Counted from the stretch's first letter, positions 1-10,270 are shown. The stretch: 64,000 nt of DNA from an uncultured Gammaproteobacteria bacterium (GCA_964539545.1 CAZIJG010000002.1:6624-70623); one strand, 5' to 3'. Made by a program: numbers and translations. Notes: generated from the letters alone by a model not told the origin.

Positions 1-1195
1 CAACTTCTTCTTTAGTTTCTTCTTTAGCTTTTTCTTTCTTCTTTGTTTCCTTTTCTTCCTTTTTATCCTCAGCAATAGTTTTCTTTTCGTCTTTCTTCTT
101 TTTCTCAGTCTTCACACCAGCTAACTTCAGACCTAAACGATGTTCTGCTGGCAAGATATTAATAATTTCAAATTCACGTTCCTCTCCAGCTTTGAAGGCT
201 TCATTAATCTTTTCTTTTGATTTCAAACCTAATTCACTGATATGAGCTAACCCATGGATAGCATCATCTAATTTAATGAATAGACCAAAAGGGTTAACTT
301 TAAGGATTTCTCCAGCAACTTTCTCGCCTTCCTTATATTTCTTAGTAGCTTTCTGCCAAGGATCTTCCATTAATTTTTTAGCACTTAAGAAAATCTTAGC
401 ACCTTCTAAATTAACAATTTCTGCCTTAATCTTATCTCCCACCTTTACTAAATCGTGTGGAGAATCAATTCTCTGCCAAGCTAACTCAGAAATATGAATT
501 AAACCTTCCATGTTATCTCCAAAACTTACAAATACACCAAAATTAGTAATAGCAGTAATTGTACCTTCTACAATCATACCAATCTTATATTGAGAAATAA
601 CATCTTTCTTACGTTTATTCCATAAATCTTTTTCACTGAAGATAATTTTATCTTCACCTTCTTCTAAGGTAATGATGTTAACTTCAAATTTCTGATCAAC
701 AAACTTCTTCAATTTTTCTAAGATCTTACTCTTATCACCACCGCTTACACGAGGGTAATTTTCTGGAGCTAATTGAGAAACTGGTAAAAATCCTTTAATC
801 TGTCGGAAACGAGCCATTAGACCACCTTTATTAGCATCTAAAATCTTAACAACAATAGACTCTTTCTTCTTATAAGCATCTTCTAATGCTAGCCAAGCTT
901 TTTCTTGGCCAACTCTCTTAAAGGATAATTCTAATTCACCATTTTCATTTTCAGCCTCTACTACCATAGCCTCAGCTTCATCACCAAATTTTAATTTAGC
1001 ATATTCGTCATCTTCAAAATATAATTCTGGACCTCTAATTACACCTACTAAAACACCATTAATATCTAAACGAACTTCAGACTTAGAAGCAGCTACGACG
1101 TTACCTTTAACAATATCGCCATCTTGAGGTACAATAAGTTCCTCTTTATCTAGAAGTTTTTGAAAATCTTGACTACTAGTATTTTGTTCTGTCAT
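1..1195 (-). CDS. rpsA: 30S ribosomal protein S1, 3' end outside window, Lys/Glu-rich tail
   Basis: Manual translation from ATG 1195 (MTEQNTSSQDFQKLLDKE); repeated S1 motifs NKGGL, GFLPVSQL, FGVFVSF..EGLIHISEL, FGLFIKL..HGLAHISEL. Not in ORF track because truncated. Confidence 0.92.
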   Translation of the reverse strand, partial: MTEQNTSSQDFQKLLDKEELIVPQDGDIVKGNVVAASKSEVRLDINGVLVGVIRGPELYFEDDEYAKLKFGDEAEAMVVEAENENGELELSFKRVGQEKAWLALEDAYKKKESIVVKILDANKGGLMARFRQIKGFLPVSQLAPENYPRVSGGDKSKILEKLKKFVDQKFEVNIITLEEGEDKIIFSEKDLWNKRKKDVISQYKIGMIVEGTITAITNFGVFVSFGDNMEGLIHISELAWQRIDSPHDLVKVGDKIKAEIVNLEGAKIFLSAKKLMEDPWQKATKKYKEGEKVAGEILKVNPFGLFIKLDDAIHGLAHISELGLKSKEKINEAFKAGEEREFEIINILPAEHRLGLKLAGVKTEKKKKDEKKTIAEDKKEEKETKKKEKAKEETKEEV

Positions 1196-1420
1196 AAAAT
1201 TTAACAATTTCGATTTTTAGCAATAAAAAAATTGTCTCTAACCTTCCTTTACGGAAAGCCCTTTGGCTACCCTAGACCAAAAGAATTATTATGGGCATTT
1301 ATTCATTTTTTATTATTTTATATTATATTTTATAAAAAATCAAGTATTATTGACTAAACTCAACTAATTTGCAATAATTAATTATTAATCGTTCATTAAA
1401 TTCTAATTAAACTTGAAATC

Positions 1421-2179
1421 ATGTACAAACTTACTAAATTCTATGTAAAAATCAGAGGCTGGTTTTTCTTTCTTCTGTGGGCAATTGCGTCTGGATTATT
1501 TATAATACAGATGGGTAATATACCTACTGATGATAATGTTCCATTCCGATTATTCGGTATAATGTTCGCCATCGCTATAGGCGGATTATTCTGGTGGTTT
1601 TCGTTAATAGACCCTAAAATACTAGTAAAGGCTAAGGGGAATACTCTGTGCCTGCTAAACGCTGAGGGTAAATTAGTAGGAAATAGTGAAAAATATCTAT
1701 TTCGACCCCAAGAAGATAAAAACTACAATTACTTCGCTATTCTCGAAAAACCGGGAAAATCTACGTCAACAAAACACCTAATATCAGTGGATTGTTTTAT
1801 TCCAAGCAAAACCAAAACTACTCTAAAATTTGCTCTTAACTACAACGTTAAATATAATTCCTGCATGTTCATACATGAGTATTGGGAATTATTTTGTAAT
1901 GAATGGAAAAATTCTCCTAAGCGAAGACCTAAAAAATCCTCTATTCCTAAATACAGCGTAGATACGTATATCAAAAACCTTATACTTAAGGCTAAGGATA
2001 TTTGGGCAAAAGAATCCACCATTACGAATGCTAAAAGTGATACCGAGAGAGTGAACCTAATTAACGAGTGGCTTGAAAAAACCATTGTGCCGACCATTAA
2101 ACAACTATCAATGATTGATGCCTGTGAAATTAAAGCTATGTCGGAACAAGACATTAACATTGAATCATTCTTTTTGTAA
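1421..2179 (+). CDS. Hypothetical membrane protein (two N-terminal TM helices)
   Basis: 252-aa ORF with own promoter-like TTGACT..AATAAT and downstream terminator. Confidence 0.7.
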   Translation: MYKLTKFYVKIRGWFFFLLWAIASGLFIIQMGNIPTDDNVPFRLFGIMFAIAIGGLFWWFSLIDPKILVKAKGNTLCLLNAEGKLVGNSEKYLFRPQEDKNYNYFAILEKPGKSTSTKHLISVDCFIPSKTKTTLKFALNYNVKYNSCMFIHEYWELFCNEWKNSPKRRPKKSSIPKYSVDTYIKNLILKAKDIWAKESTITNAKSDTERVNLINEWLEKTIVPTIKQLSMIDACEIKAMSEQDINIESFFL

Positions 2180-2186
2180 AATACAC

Positions 2187-2215
2187 AAAAACCGTCTATC
2201 AAAGACGGTTTTTTT
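2187..2215. terminator. Bidirectional intrinsic terminator
   Basis: AAAAACCGTCT-atcaa-AGACGGTTTTT between convergent genes. Confidence 0.8.
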
Positions 2216-2231
2216 CTATACTCAATTTATT

Positions 2232-2852
2232 TTAAATTATTTTCTTCGATCTCTTCCTAACGACTATTAAACCGATTATCAAAACTAATGCTGACAAAAT
2301 AATTATTTTAAGTTCTCCATAATATTGTAGAATTGTTTCTTGTTCAGCACCAAAATAATATCCAACCAAGGCTAAAATAATCACCCAGACGGAAGCTCCT
2401 AAACCAGTAAACAAGCAAAATTTAAATAGGTTCATTTTTGCTAAACCAGCTGGCAAAGAGATTAATTGTCTGATCACCGGGATCAGTCTGCCAAAAAAAG
2501 TGGAAACAGCACCATGTTTAAGAAAGTATTTTTCTGACTTTTCTAGTTTATATTGGTTTAACAAGCAAACTTTAGCCCATTTAATATTAACCAATTTATA
2601 CAAAATTGGTCTACCTAGCCAAAGAGCTAAAAAATAGTTAACTAGAGCTCCGATTAAACTACCTAAAATACCAGAGCCTATAACTAAGCCTAAATTTAGC
2701 CTACCTTGCTGGGCTAAATAGCCAGCTGGAGGAATTATTAACTCAGAAGGAAACGGAACAAAAGAACTCTCAATTGCCATTAAGCTAATAATTCCTAGAT
2801 AGTTTAAACTTTCCACCAAACCTAATAGGGCTTGGATAAAACTTTCGAGCAT
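2232..2852 (-). CDS. DedA family membrane protein
   Basis: ESSFVPFPSE and GRLIPVIRQLISLPAG DedA motifs. Confidence 0.92.
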   Translation of the reverse strand: MLESFIQALLGLVESLNYLGIISLMAIESSFVPFPSELIIPPAGYLAQQGRLNLGLVIGSGILGSLIGALVNYFLALWLGRPILYKLVNIKWAKVCLLNQYKLEKSEKYFLKHGAVSTFFGRLIPVIRQLISLPAGLAKMNLFKFCLFTGLGASVWVIILALVGYYFGAEQETILQYYGELKIIILSALVLIIGLIVVRKRSKKII

Positions 2853-2857
2853 GATAA

Positions 2858-4987
2858 TTAAACTTTAATAATCACCGGTAATACCATTGGTCTTCTCTTA
2901 GTCTGAGTAAACAAAAATTGACCAACGTCATTTCTAATCTTATTTTTTATGTAATCGTCATCAATACGGCTAGAAACTGGACGAGCTGTAACTATAGTCT
3001 TTACCTTCATTCTAGTTTTCTCGATAATTGCCTTATTCTCTTTCATGTAAATAAAACCACGAGAAATTAAATCCGGATTACCAATAATCGCTCCTGTTTT
3101 AGAATCGATAGTGGCGATTACTACAATCATACCATCTTCAGCCATCATTCGCCTATCTCTCAAAACAATACCGGAAACATCACCAACTCCTAGACCATCT
3201 ACCATAATATATTCGGTTGGCACCTTCTCCTGAGTCAATCTGGCCAACACTTTTCGATTACGATCAGAGGTTATTTCTACTACCTGACCATTATCTGCTA
3301 CAAAAATATTTTCTGTAGGTATATCCATTCTCTCGGCTAATTCAGCGTGAGCTCTTAACATGAAATGGTTACCTTCAATAGGCATAAAAAATTTAGGTTT
3401 CATTAATCTCAACATTAATTTAAGATCCTCTTCTTTTCCGTGACCACCAGCATGAATATCAAGCATCCTATAGTTAATAATGCTAGCACCTTGGCGCACA
3501 ATTAAATCCATTAATTGTTGTACACTTCTTTCATTACCAGGAATAGCTGAAGATGAAAAAATTACTGTATCATTTTCTTGCAAACTAATTGTACGATGAT
3601 TACCATTAACTACTCGAGCCAGAAAGGCATTGGTTTCTCCCTGAGCTCCAGTACCAATAATCAATAGCTCCTTGTCTGGAGTACGTTTAAACTCTTCTTC
3701 AGATAATAACAATTTAGGATTGAACTTCAAATAGCCAATCTCATGTGCTACCTCGACATTACTAATCATACTACGACCTTGTAGATAAACTTTTCTTTTA
3801 TATTTAGCGGCTAAATCAAGAAGTTTTTGTACACGAGCTAACTGAGAAGCAAAAGTAGCTAAAATAATTCTACCTTCAATTTTTTCAAATAGAGTTCCCA
3901 TTTCATCACCAATCCTAGTTTCAGATAATTGATAACCAGCGGCGGTAGCATTAGTAGAGTCAGACATTAATAATAATACTCCCTTAGTTCCAACTTCAGC
4001 AAAACGACCTAAATCAGCCGGCTTATCATTTACTGGTGAGAAATCAATCTTAAAATCTCCAGTATGCACTATTGTCCCTAGAGGCGTATTAGCAATAACA
4101 GCAAAACAATCTGGAATAGAGTGATTAACTCTCATAAACTCCATATCAAAATATTTACCTAATTTGAATTTAGAATATTCATCAATTTCTTGAATTTTTA
4201 AAGCTGGACAATCTTTATATTCTATTTGACGACGACGAACTAAACCGGCAGTCAATTTACCCATAAACATAGGTACGCCAGCCAACTCTTTCATTAGAAA
4301 AGGGATACCTCCAATATGGTCATAATGACCATGAGTAATAATTACACCCTTAACCCAGTCTCGCTTATCCTGTAAATAAGTGATGTCTGGAATGATAAAA
4401 TCAATACCCGGCATGTCTTCATCCGGGAATTGTAGACCCATATCAATAATAATAATTTCTTTATCATATTCAATAAGAGTCATGTTACGTCCAACTTCTT
4501 CTAGTCCTCCTAAAGCCATTACCCTAAGTTTAGGTCCAAAACTAGCTGGTTGAACTGAGCGATCAACAACCGCTGATCTAATTGACTTGATTGGTCTAAC
4601 CAACTTATTTGATTGAGTTGCTCTAGTCGGACGAGTAGCTCTACCTGAACGAGCTGGCATAGCTGACCTAGTGGGTCGAGTTGTTCTAGCTGGTCGTTTA
4701 GAGGTAGTTGGTCTACCTGTTTGAGCTGATCCAATTGGCCGAGCTGTTCTGATTGATCGCTCAGAAGTGACTGGTCTACCTGTTTGAGCTGACCTAGTCG
4801 ATTGAACTGACTTAGCAATTCTAGTTTGTGTGGATCTAGTAGGCCGACTCTGAGTGGCAGATCTAGTAGATTCTGGTTGTCCAGCAGATCTAACAGGTCT
4901 AGCGCCTTGATTGGCTCTAGGCTTGTAGGTCGGTCTAGCCGATTGGCTATCCGAATTTCGACGCTGGGATTTATAAGTTTTTATCAT
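2858..4987 (-). CDS. rnj: Ribonuclease J with ~150-aa Arg/Ser/Thr-rich N-terminal extension
   Basis: LGGLEEVGRNM, THGHYDHIG, HTGDFKID, HAGGH, RRPMVLPVI motifs. Confidence 0.95.
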   Translation of the reverse strand: MIKTYKSQRRNSDSQSARPTYKPRANQGARPVRSAGQPESTRSATQSRPTRSTQTRIAKSVQSTRSAQTGRPVTSERSIRTARPIGSAQTGRPTTSKRPARTTRPTRSAMPARSGRATRPTRATQSNKLVRPIKSIRSAVVDRSVQPASFGPKLRVMALGGLEEVGRNMTLIEYDKEIIIIDMGLQFPDEDMPGIDFIIPDITYLQDKRDWVKGVIITHGHYDHIGGIPFLMKELAGVPMFMGKLTAGLVRRRQIEYKDCPALKIQEIDEYSKFKLGKYFDMEFMRVNHSIPDCFAVIANTPLGTIVHTGDFKIDFSPVNDKPADLGRFAEVGTKGVLLLMSDSTNATAAGYQLSETRIGDEMGTLFEKIEGRIILATFASQLARVQKLLDLAAKYKRKVYLQGRSMISNVEVAHEIGYLKFNPKLLLSEEEFKRTPDKELLIIGTGAQGETNAFLARVVNGNHRTISLQENDTVIFSSSAIPGNERSVQQLMDLIVRQGASIINYRMLDIHAGGHGKEEDLKLMLRLMKPKFFMPIEGNHFMLRAHAELAERMDIPTENIFVADNGQVVEITSDRNRKVLARLTQEKVPTEYIMVDGLGVGDVSGIVLRDRRMMAEDGMIVVIATIDSKTGAIIGNPDLISRGFIYMKENKAIIEKTRMKVKTIVTARPVSSRIDDDYIKNKIRNDVGQFLFTQTKRRPMVLPVIIKV

Positions 4988-5051
4988 AAATTTTTTATAG
5001 GGCTTCAGCCCTGAGGTTAATAATTTATATAAGAAGAATAAAATTTTAAAA

Positions 5052-5792
5052 TTAATTTCTCACCATAGCTTGTTGCTTTAAATTCTGCGGCATTTTTTCA
5101 ATGGCATAGCGTAAAGCCGTGCGAGGCATAATCTGTTTTTTCTTCATTACGTAATCGAAGATGACTTTCTGGTCCAAGTTACTAGCTTCTTTCAAAAGCC
5201 AACCGTAACCCTTTTGGACTAAATCATCTTGATCTTTAATTAATTTATTAGACACCCAGAAAGATCTTTGTAAAAAAAGATTAAACTTCTTAGGTGTGTC
5301 CACAGATTTTTTTAAAGGATAGATTAAGATAACCGCCACAGCTCGTTTCAGCCAACGATTACTAGAAGTTACCCATTTATCTGTTTCTGTGATGAGTTCA
5401 GGAAATTGCCAAAGCAAATGACCAAAGCTATATGTACAAAAAGTGTCACAATACCCCCAATTCGATACATATTGCTTTAACCACTTAGTAAATAGCTTAA
5501 AATCCTGAATAGTAAATTCTTGTTTTCGACGAAAACAAAAATTAAAAGCTAAAGAACTTAGTTCATAATAATCCAAACCTAGGAGTTTTTCACAAATTGC
5601 AAAAACTTCTTTTTTACTTAAAGGTTTTAGCTGTAAATAATATTTATTAGCTATCTCCTTTAGGGGCTTAGATCTAACGCCGTAATTTCTGACCGGTTCT
5701 TTGAAATAATTTTGGAAACCTTGTTGATATTCCAAATCAATTTGTTTAATCAGGTCGCGACGCAGAGAAGATATGAACTTCTCTGTATTCAT
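5052..5792 (-). CDS. DNA alkylation repair protein (AlkD-like)
   Basis: NWGYCD, SSNRWLKR, DLVQKGYGWLLKE, MPRTALRYAIEK motifs. Confidence 0.85.
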   Translation of the reverse strand: MNTEKFISSLRRDLIKQIDLEYQQGFQNYFKEPVRNYGVRSKPLKEIANKYYLQLKPLSKKEVFAICEKLLGLDYYELSSLAFNFCFRRKQEFTIQDFKLFTKWLKQYVSNWGYCDTFCTYSFGHLLWQFPELITETDKWVTSSNRWLKRAVAVILIYPLKKSVDTPKKFNLFLQRSFWVSNKLIKDQDDLVQKGYGWLLKEASNLDQKVIFDYVMKKKQIMPRTALRYAIEKMPQNLKQQAMVRN

Positions 5793-5812
5793 ATATTTAA
5801 ATTAAGAAGAGT

Positions 5813-7867
5813 TTAGAAAACTAGCTTATTCTTTACTTTAATATGCCAGTCGATGATATTAGAAAACCTATGTTTAGGCTCTAAAATGCTAAAAGTAGTT
5901 AATCCCTTAATCTTTTTACTCTGAGGATAAATGTAATTAGGAGAATAAAGGAAAATAGCTGGAATATCATCATGAATAATTTTTTGAAACTCACAATACT
6001 TTTCAGCTCTTTTTTTTTGGTCTAAAATTACTCGAGAATCCTCTAACAACTTATCTACTACTGAATTATCATAATCTGTAATATTTAACTCTTCCTGAGA
6101 ATGCCAATAGGCAAACGGATCTGGATCAAACCCTAGAGTTTGGCCATATAATAACACTTCAAAATCTTTAGGCTTAATAATTTTAGCTTGAATTTCAGAA
6201 GCAGATACTGAATTAATGATGCTTCGAATTCCTAATTTTTGCCAAGCCGCTTGCAGAGCTTCGGCTACTTCATAATCTCTGGGATTATCTACAACAGTTA
6301 AAGTTAAAATTAAATAAGTACGATTATTATCTTTTTCTTTATATCTCCAAGAACCTTCTACAATCAAAGAAGTACTACTAGCTAAAAATTGTAATTGTTC
6401 TAAACCCTTAACTTCAAATACTTCTTCATCAATTTTTTCTTCATCTTCAACTTCTTCATCAATTTTTTCAACTTCATTATCTATGACTAAAGCAATTTCA
6501 ATACGTTCAGTCTGTTCTTTAGCCTGAGAAATATCTTCAGATGAAATCTCTTGTAATCCCCAACCTGCTTCTTCTAATAATTCTTTAGCTTTATCAATAT
6601 CAAAACCGTAATCTGGTAATTGATCATTATAGGCAAAACTACCTGGTAGAACTGGGCCCTTAATCAGGCTAGCCTCTTGACCAAATATATCTTCAACTAA
6701 TTTATTCTTATCTATAGCCAAAGACAAAGCTTCTCTTAGCTCCTGAGATTCTAAAACAGCATTTTTTTCTTCGTTAAAAAACAAAGCTGTAACTTGTGGT
6801 AAAGAGAAATAATGAAAATTCAAAGAGTTTTGGGCAATTACATCTGATTTCTTATCAAAAGGTAAATAACTTATACCATCCACTTCATCACCATTTAAAC
6901 CTTCAACTAAACTAATAAAGTCTGGATAAAACTTAAAATGTAATTCCCCGATATATGGCTCGTGTTGATAATAACCCTTATTAACCTCCAGACTATATTC
7001 TTTAATACTCCCAGCTTTATTTTTTAATAACGCTTTAAACTTATATGGTCCAGAACCAATTGGTTTTAGATTAAGTTCAGCTAAGTTAGCATTCTCTGGA
7101 TTAATATTCATCCAAAGTTTTTCTGGCAAAATACCAAAGGTTAAGAGCTCCAGGAATCCAGCATAAGGCTCAACCAAAACCATCTTAAAACTATATTCAT
7201 CAATCTTTTCAATTTCTACACCGCCAAACACATTCAACCAAGGGGAACGAAAGTCTGGATTCTTTATAGCTTGAAAAGTAAAAACCACATCATCAGCTGT
7301 AAGCTTTTCATTATTATGCCATCTAGCGCTCTTAATTAAAGTAATGGTGTATATTTTACCATCCTCGCTAACATTATAGTCTTCGACCAAATCTTTATTT
7401 AAATTACCTTGGCCATCATATTTAAACAGATGAGAAAATATTAGATAAGATAAATCACTATCTACATCAGAAAAAGAATATAGGGGATTAATATATTTTG
7501 GTGTTCCCACTAAACCTTCAGAGTATTCACCTCCTTTAGCCGGAGCCATTTGTAAATGTGATTGATAAAAATTCCAACCTATAAAAACTATTGAAATAAC
7601 AATAATAGTAATTAAAACTTTAACAATTAAGTTTTCTTTTGGAGTAAGAAACTTTCTTAATTGTTTAAACTGTCGACGATTAGGAATCTTAGAAGAAGCT
7701 AAACTATAGATTAATTTCTTATCAGCTTTAGCGCGATCAAAATCTCCGTTAGTTTTATGAGCAAGTCGTTTTTTAAATTTTATTTTCACTGATAACAAAA
7801 AGTCAGCCAACCAACTACGTTTTGGCTTGTTTAAATTAGAAAAATTTTGTTCTTGAGGTAAATCCAC
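5813..7867 (-). CDS. Peptide ABC transporter substrate-binding protein (family 5)
   Basis: TADDVVFT, PIGSGPYKF, LREALSLAIDK, DPDPFAYWHS; GTG start. Confidence 0.9.
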   Translation of the reverse strand: MDLPQEQNFSNLNKPKRSWLADFLLSVKIKFKKRLAHKTNGDFDRAKADKKLIYSLASSKIPNRRQFKQLRKFLTPKENLIVKVLITIIVISIVFIGWNFYQSHLQMAPAKGGEYSEGLVGTPKYINPLYSFSDVDSDLSYLIFSHLFKYDGQGNLNKDLVEDYNVSEDGKIYTITLIKSARWHNNEKLTADDVVFTFQAIKNPDFRSPWLNVFGGVEIEKIDEYSFKMVLVEPYAGFLELLTFGILPEKLWMNINPENANLAELNLKPIGSGPYKFKALLKNKAGSIKEYSLEVNKGYYQHEPYIGELHFKFYPDFISLVEGLNGDEVDGISYLPFDKKSDVIAQNSLNFHYFSLPQVTALFFNEEKNAVLESQELREALSLAIDKNKLVEDIFGQEASLIKGPVLPGSFAYNDQLPDYGFDIDKAKELLEEAGWGLQEISSEDISQAKEQTERIEIALVIDNEVEKIDEEVEDEEKIDEEVFEVKGLEQLQFLASSTSLIVEGSWRYKEKDNNRTYLILTLTVVDNPRDYEVAEALQAAWQKLGIRSIINSVSASEIQAKIIKPKDFEVLLYGQTLGFDPDPFAYWHSQEELNITDYDNSVVDKLLEDSRVILDQKKRAEKYCEFQKIIHDDIPAIFLYSPNYIYPQSKKIKGLTTFSILEPKHRFSNIIDWHIKVKNKLVF

Positions 7868-7871
7868 GAAA

Positions 7872-8084
7872 TTATAGGATAATAGCTGCCAGCGAAACTA
7901 AAAAGAATAGTAAAGAGAGTATAATAGTAAAATTATATAGTTTTTTTTCAACTCCTCTTTTGGTTGTAAATCCACCGCTAGAACCACCGAAGGCACTACC
8001 TAAACCTGAACCTTGGTTTTGCATTAGAATAACAATCATTAAAAGGAAAGCGATGATAATTTGAGCAATCTTTATAGCAAACAT
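7872..8084 (-). CDS. secG: Preprotein translocase subunit SecG
   Basis: Two TM helices with ILMQ..GSGLGSAFGG..TKRGVEK. Confidence 0.93.
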   Translation of the reverse strand: MFAIKIAQIIIAFLLMIVILMQNQGSGLGSAFGGSSGGFTTKRGVEKKLYNFTIILSLLFFLVSLAAIIL

Positions 8085-8086
8085 AA

Positions 8087-8434
8087 TTATTCTTTTATCT
8101 CAGAAATTATTTTTTTGAGAACTGTCTTATTATTTTCAGCTAAGTCAGCTAAAATTTTTCTATCTAACTCTATTTTGTTTTTTTTGAACAAAAACATTAG
8201 ACGAGAATAAGGTAATCCGTTTTCTCTAGCAAAAGCATTAATCTTTATCTGCCACAAAGCTCTACGAGTTCTCTTTTTCTTCCGTCTATCCATGAAGGCA
8301 TGAGCACCCGCTTTAGTTTCAGCTGTTTTTGCTAAACGAATCAAATTTTTTCTTCCCCATTTATAACCCTTAACTGCTTTTAACAATTTTCGTCTTCTTT
8401 TTACATGGGTTGTTCCTCTTTTTACTCTAGGCAT
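8087..8434 (-). CDS. rplT: 50S ribosomal protein L20
   Basis: MPRVKRG, DRRKKKR..RALWQIKINA, LDRKILADLA. Confidence 0.97.
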   Translation of the reverse strand: MPRVKRGTTHVKRRRKLLKAVKGYKWGRKNLIRLAKTAETKAGAHAFMDRRKKKRTRRALWQIKINAFARENGLPYSRLMFLFKKNKIELDRKILADLAENNKTVLKKIISEIKE

Positions 8435-8461
8435 AAATTTAAAATCCGTGCTATAAAAACA

Positions 8462-8659
8462 CTACTTATACGGAGTTAGTTGATTAATAGTTTTTTTCAG
8501 AGTTTTAGTGGTATCTTTATCCAATCTTTTCTGTCTAGTAGTCTTACCAGATTCTTTGGCATTAAAGTGACCTTGACCTCCACGTCTTTGTCTCAATTTT
8601 CCAGTTCCAGTCTTCTTGATTCGTTTAGCAGTAGCTTTATGAGTCTTCATTTTAGGCAT
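8462..8659 (-). CDS. rpmI: 50S ribosomal protein L35
   Basis: MPKMKTHKATAKR..TGTGKL; infC-rpmI-rplT order. Confidence 0.96.
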   Translation of the reverse strand: MPKMKTHKATAKRIKKTGTGKLRQRRGGQGHFNAKESGKTTRQKRLDKDTTKTLKKTINQLTPYK

Positions 8660-8712
8660 AAATTTCTTTATTTAGAATAAAAAACAGGCTTAAACCTGGT
8701 TTAACCATATCT

Positions 8713-9270
8713 CTAATCCTTGTTAATTAATATAATGGTAAACCTTCCTCCTTGTTTTGTCAAGACTTGTTCTTCAATAACCTCTAGCTTTTCTTCTTCT
8801 TTAATCTTATTTATAAATCCAACAATTGTTTCCTTGGCTTTCTCTGGATGTTGTCTTTCACGACCTCTTAAACTAACCTCTATTTTTAGCTTGTTTCCTT
8901 GAGATAAAAATTTAATAGCTTGTTTTAAACGAAAATTAAAATCGTGGCTACTAATTCTCACAGATAATCTAATACTTTTCACTTCCACCTTCTTTTGTTG
9001 CATCCTTTGTTTATGGGCCTTTTTCTCTCTTTCATACTTCATTTGACCCAAATCAACAATCTTAGCTACTGGAGGATCAGCCTTAGGATTAACTAATACT
9101 AAATCTAACTCCAATTCTTTAGCCATTTCTGTGGCTTTTTCTGTCTCCATTGCTCCTAATCTTTCACCATTTTCGTCAATCAAAAAGACTCTATCAGAAT
9201 TAATACTCTGGTTAGATGTAAAATAAGGTTTTTCTTGGCGCGGTTGCGCTTTTCTCCATTTTATTCTCAT
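8713..9270 (-). CDS. infC: Translation initiation factor IF-3 (start moved to ATG 9270)
   Basis: VFLIDENGERLG, LDLVLV..ADPPVAKIVD, LRGRE; the ORF-track start at 9300 lies inside tRNA-Gly. Confidence 0.93.
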   Translation of the reverse strand: MRIKWRKAQPRQEKPYFTSNQSINSDRVFLIDENGERLGAMETEKATEMAKELELDLVLVNPKADPPVAKIVDLGQMKYEREKKAHKQRMQQKKVEVKSIRLSVRISSHDFNFRLKQAIKFLSQGNKLKIEVSLRGRERQHPEKAKETIVGFINKIKEEEKLEVIEEQVLTKQGGRFTIILINKD

Positions 9271-9273
9271 ATG

Positions 9274-9345
9274 AGCGGGTAGGGGGAATCGAACCCCCAT
9301 CTCTACCTTGGCAAGGTAATATAATAACCATTATACGATACCCGC
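9274..9345 (-). tRNA. tRNA-Gly(GCC)
   Basis: GCGGGTA/TACCCGC acceptor stem, TTACC-TTGCCAA-GGTAG anticodon arm, GGTTCGATTCC T arm. Confidence 0.96.
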
Positions 9346-9448
9346 AAATAAAAAAAGGATTTCTCCTAAAGTAAGTACATTGTATTAAATCTTAACCTTT
9401 AAGTCAAGAAAAAAAGACCCCTTTATTAGACGCCTTTTAAATAAAATT

Positions 9449-10172
9449 TTAACTAATATTGCCCCCATTAGCATGGACAATGCCGGCTTCAAAACTAAAT
9501 CCCTGTGCCGATTCTCCATTGATGGTAAAGTTAAACCAGGAATTCATACCATTTCTCTCAAGTTCGTTAATTAACATCTTTTTAGCTGCTATTTCAATAT
9601 GATCAACCATATCGTAATTTGCTATCTGTCCATTAGTAACTCCTACCGGCCCAGTTACTTCAATATCTGCCTTAAAATTAACTCTAAGACAATAATCGTC
9701 AATACTTCTAAACTCTTGAGTAAAACTAATCCTCATCTTAGACTCAATAACCACAGAATTTCTATCCAGAGCAAGAATATATTTTTGCCCAAATATTAAC
9801 ACTTTCTTACGATACACTACCCATTGATTTTTCTTTACTTTTCTTGGTATACATTCCAAAAAAAAATAGGATGATAACTATTGAGGAAAACACTATTAAA
9901 ACAATCTGCAACATTTCCTGGCGCCTAGATCCCAATGTGATAATCGCTAGGAGAAAAAAAAGAGTCCCCATAAGTCTTTTTCCAACAGTATCTACTCTTG
10001 TTTTCTTGAAAGGAAAAATATATAATCCTAAAAATAAAATAGAGGCTGCAGCTAATACGCTGGCAAACCTCACATCACAAGACGGAAAGGTCATAAATAT
10101 AGAAATAAATAACATCAGAACCACAGATATAACTGGGGCAAAAATAAAAAAATATTTAATTAAAAATTTCAT
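9449..10172 (-). pseudogene. Membrane protein split by a frameshift at a T9 run (ORFs 9807-10172 and 9449-9859)
   Basis: Overlapping ORFs; removing one base from A9 at 9858-9866 fuses ..IILFF to LECIPRKVKK.. Confidence 0.6.
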
Positions 10173-10270
10173 CTGATACAGTATTTAATTAATAAAAAGA
10201 ACGAAAATTAATTAATAAATTGTATGACTTATACTCTAAATTGTCAAGACAAAAAGAAAAAAGAGCCTTA

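Noticed and set aside
4519-4818. Alternative-frame QL-repeat ORF within rnj
   Set aside because: By-product of the ~9-nt repeat expansion; no independent expression signals.
4999-5012. AGGGC-TTCA-GCCCT hairpin just upstream of rnj
   Set aside because: Single short copy; cannot distinguish REP remnant, leader element or chance.
9271-9300. ORF-track N-terminal extension of infC (MGVRFPLPAH)
   Set aside because: It is the T arm and acceptor stem of tRNA-Gly.
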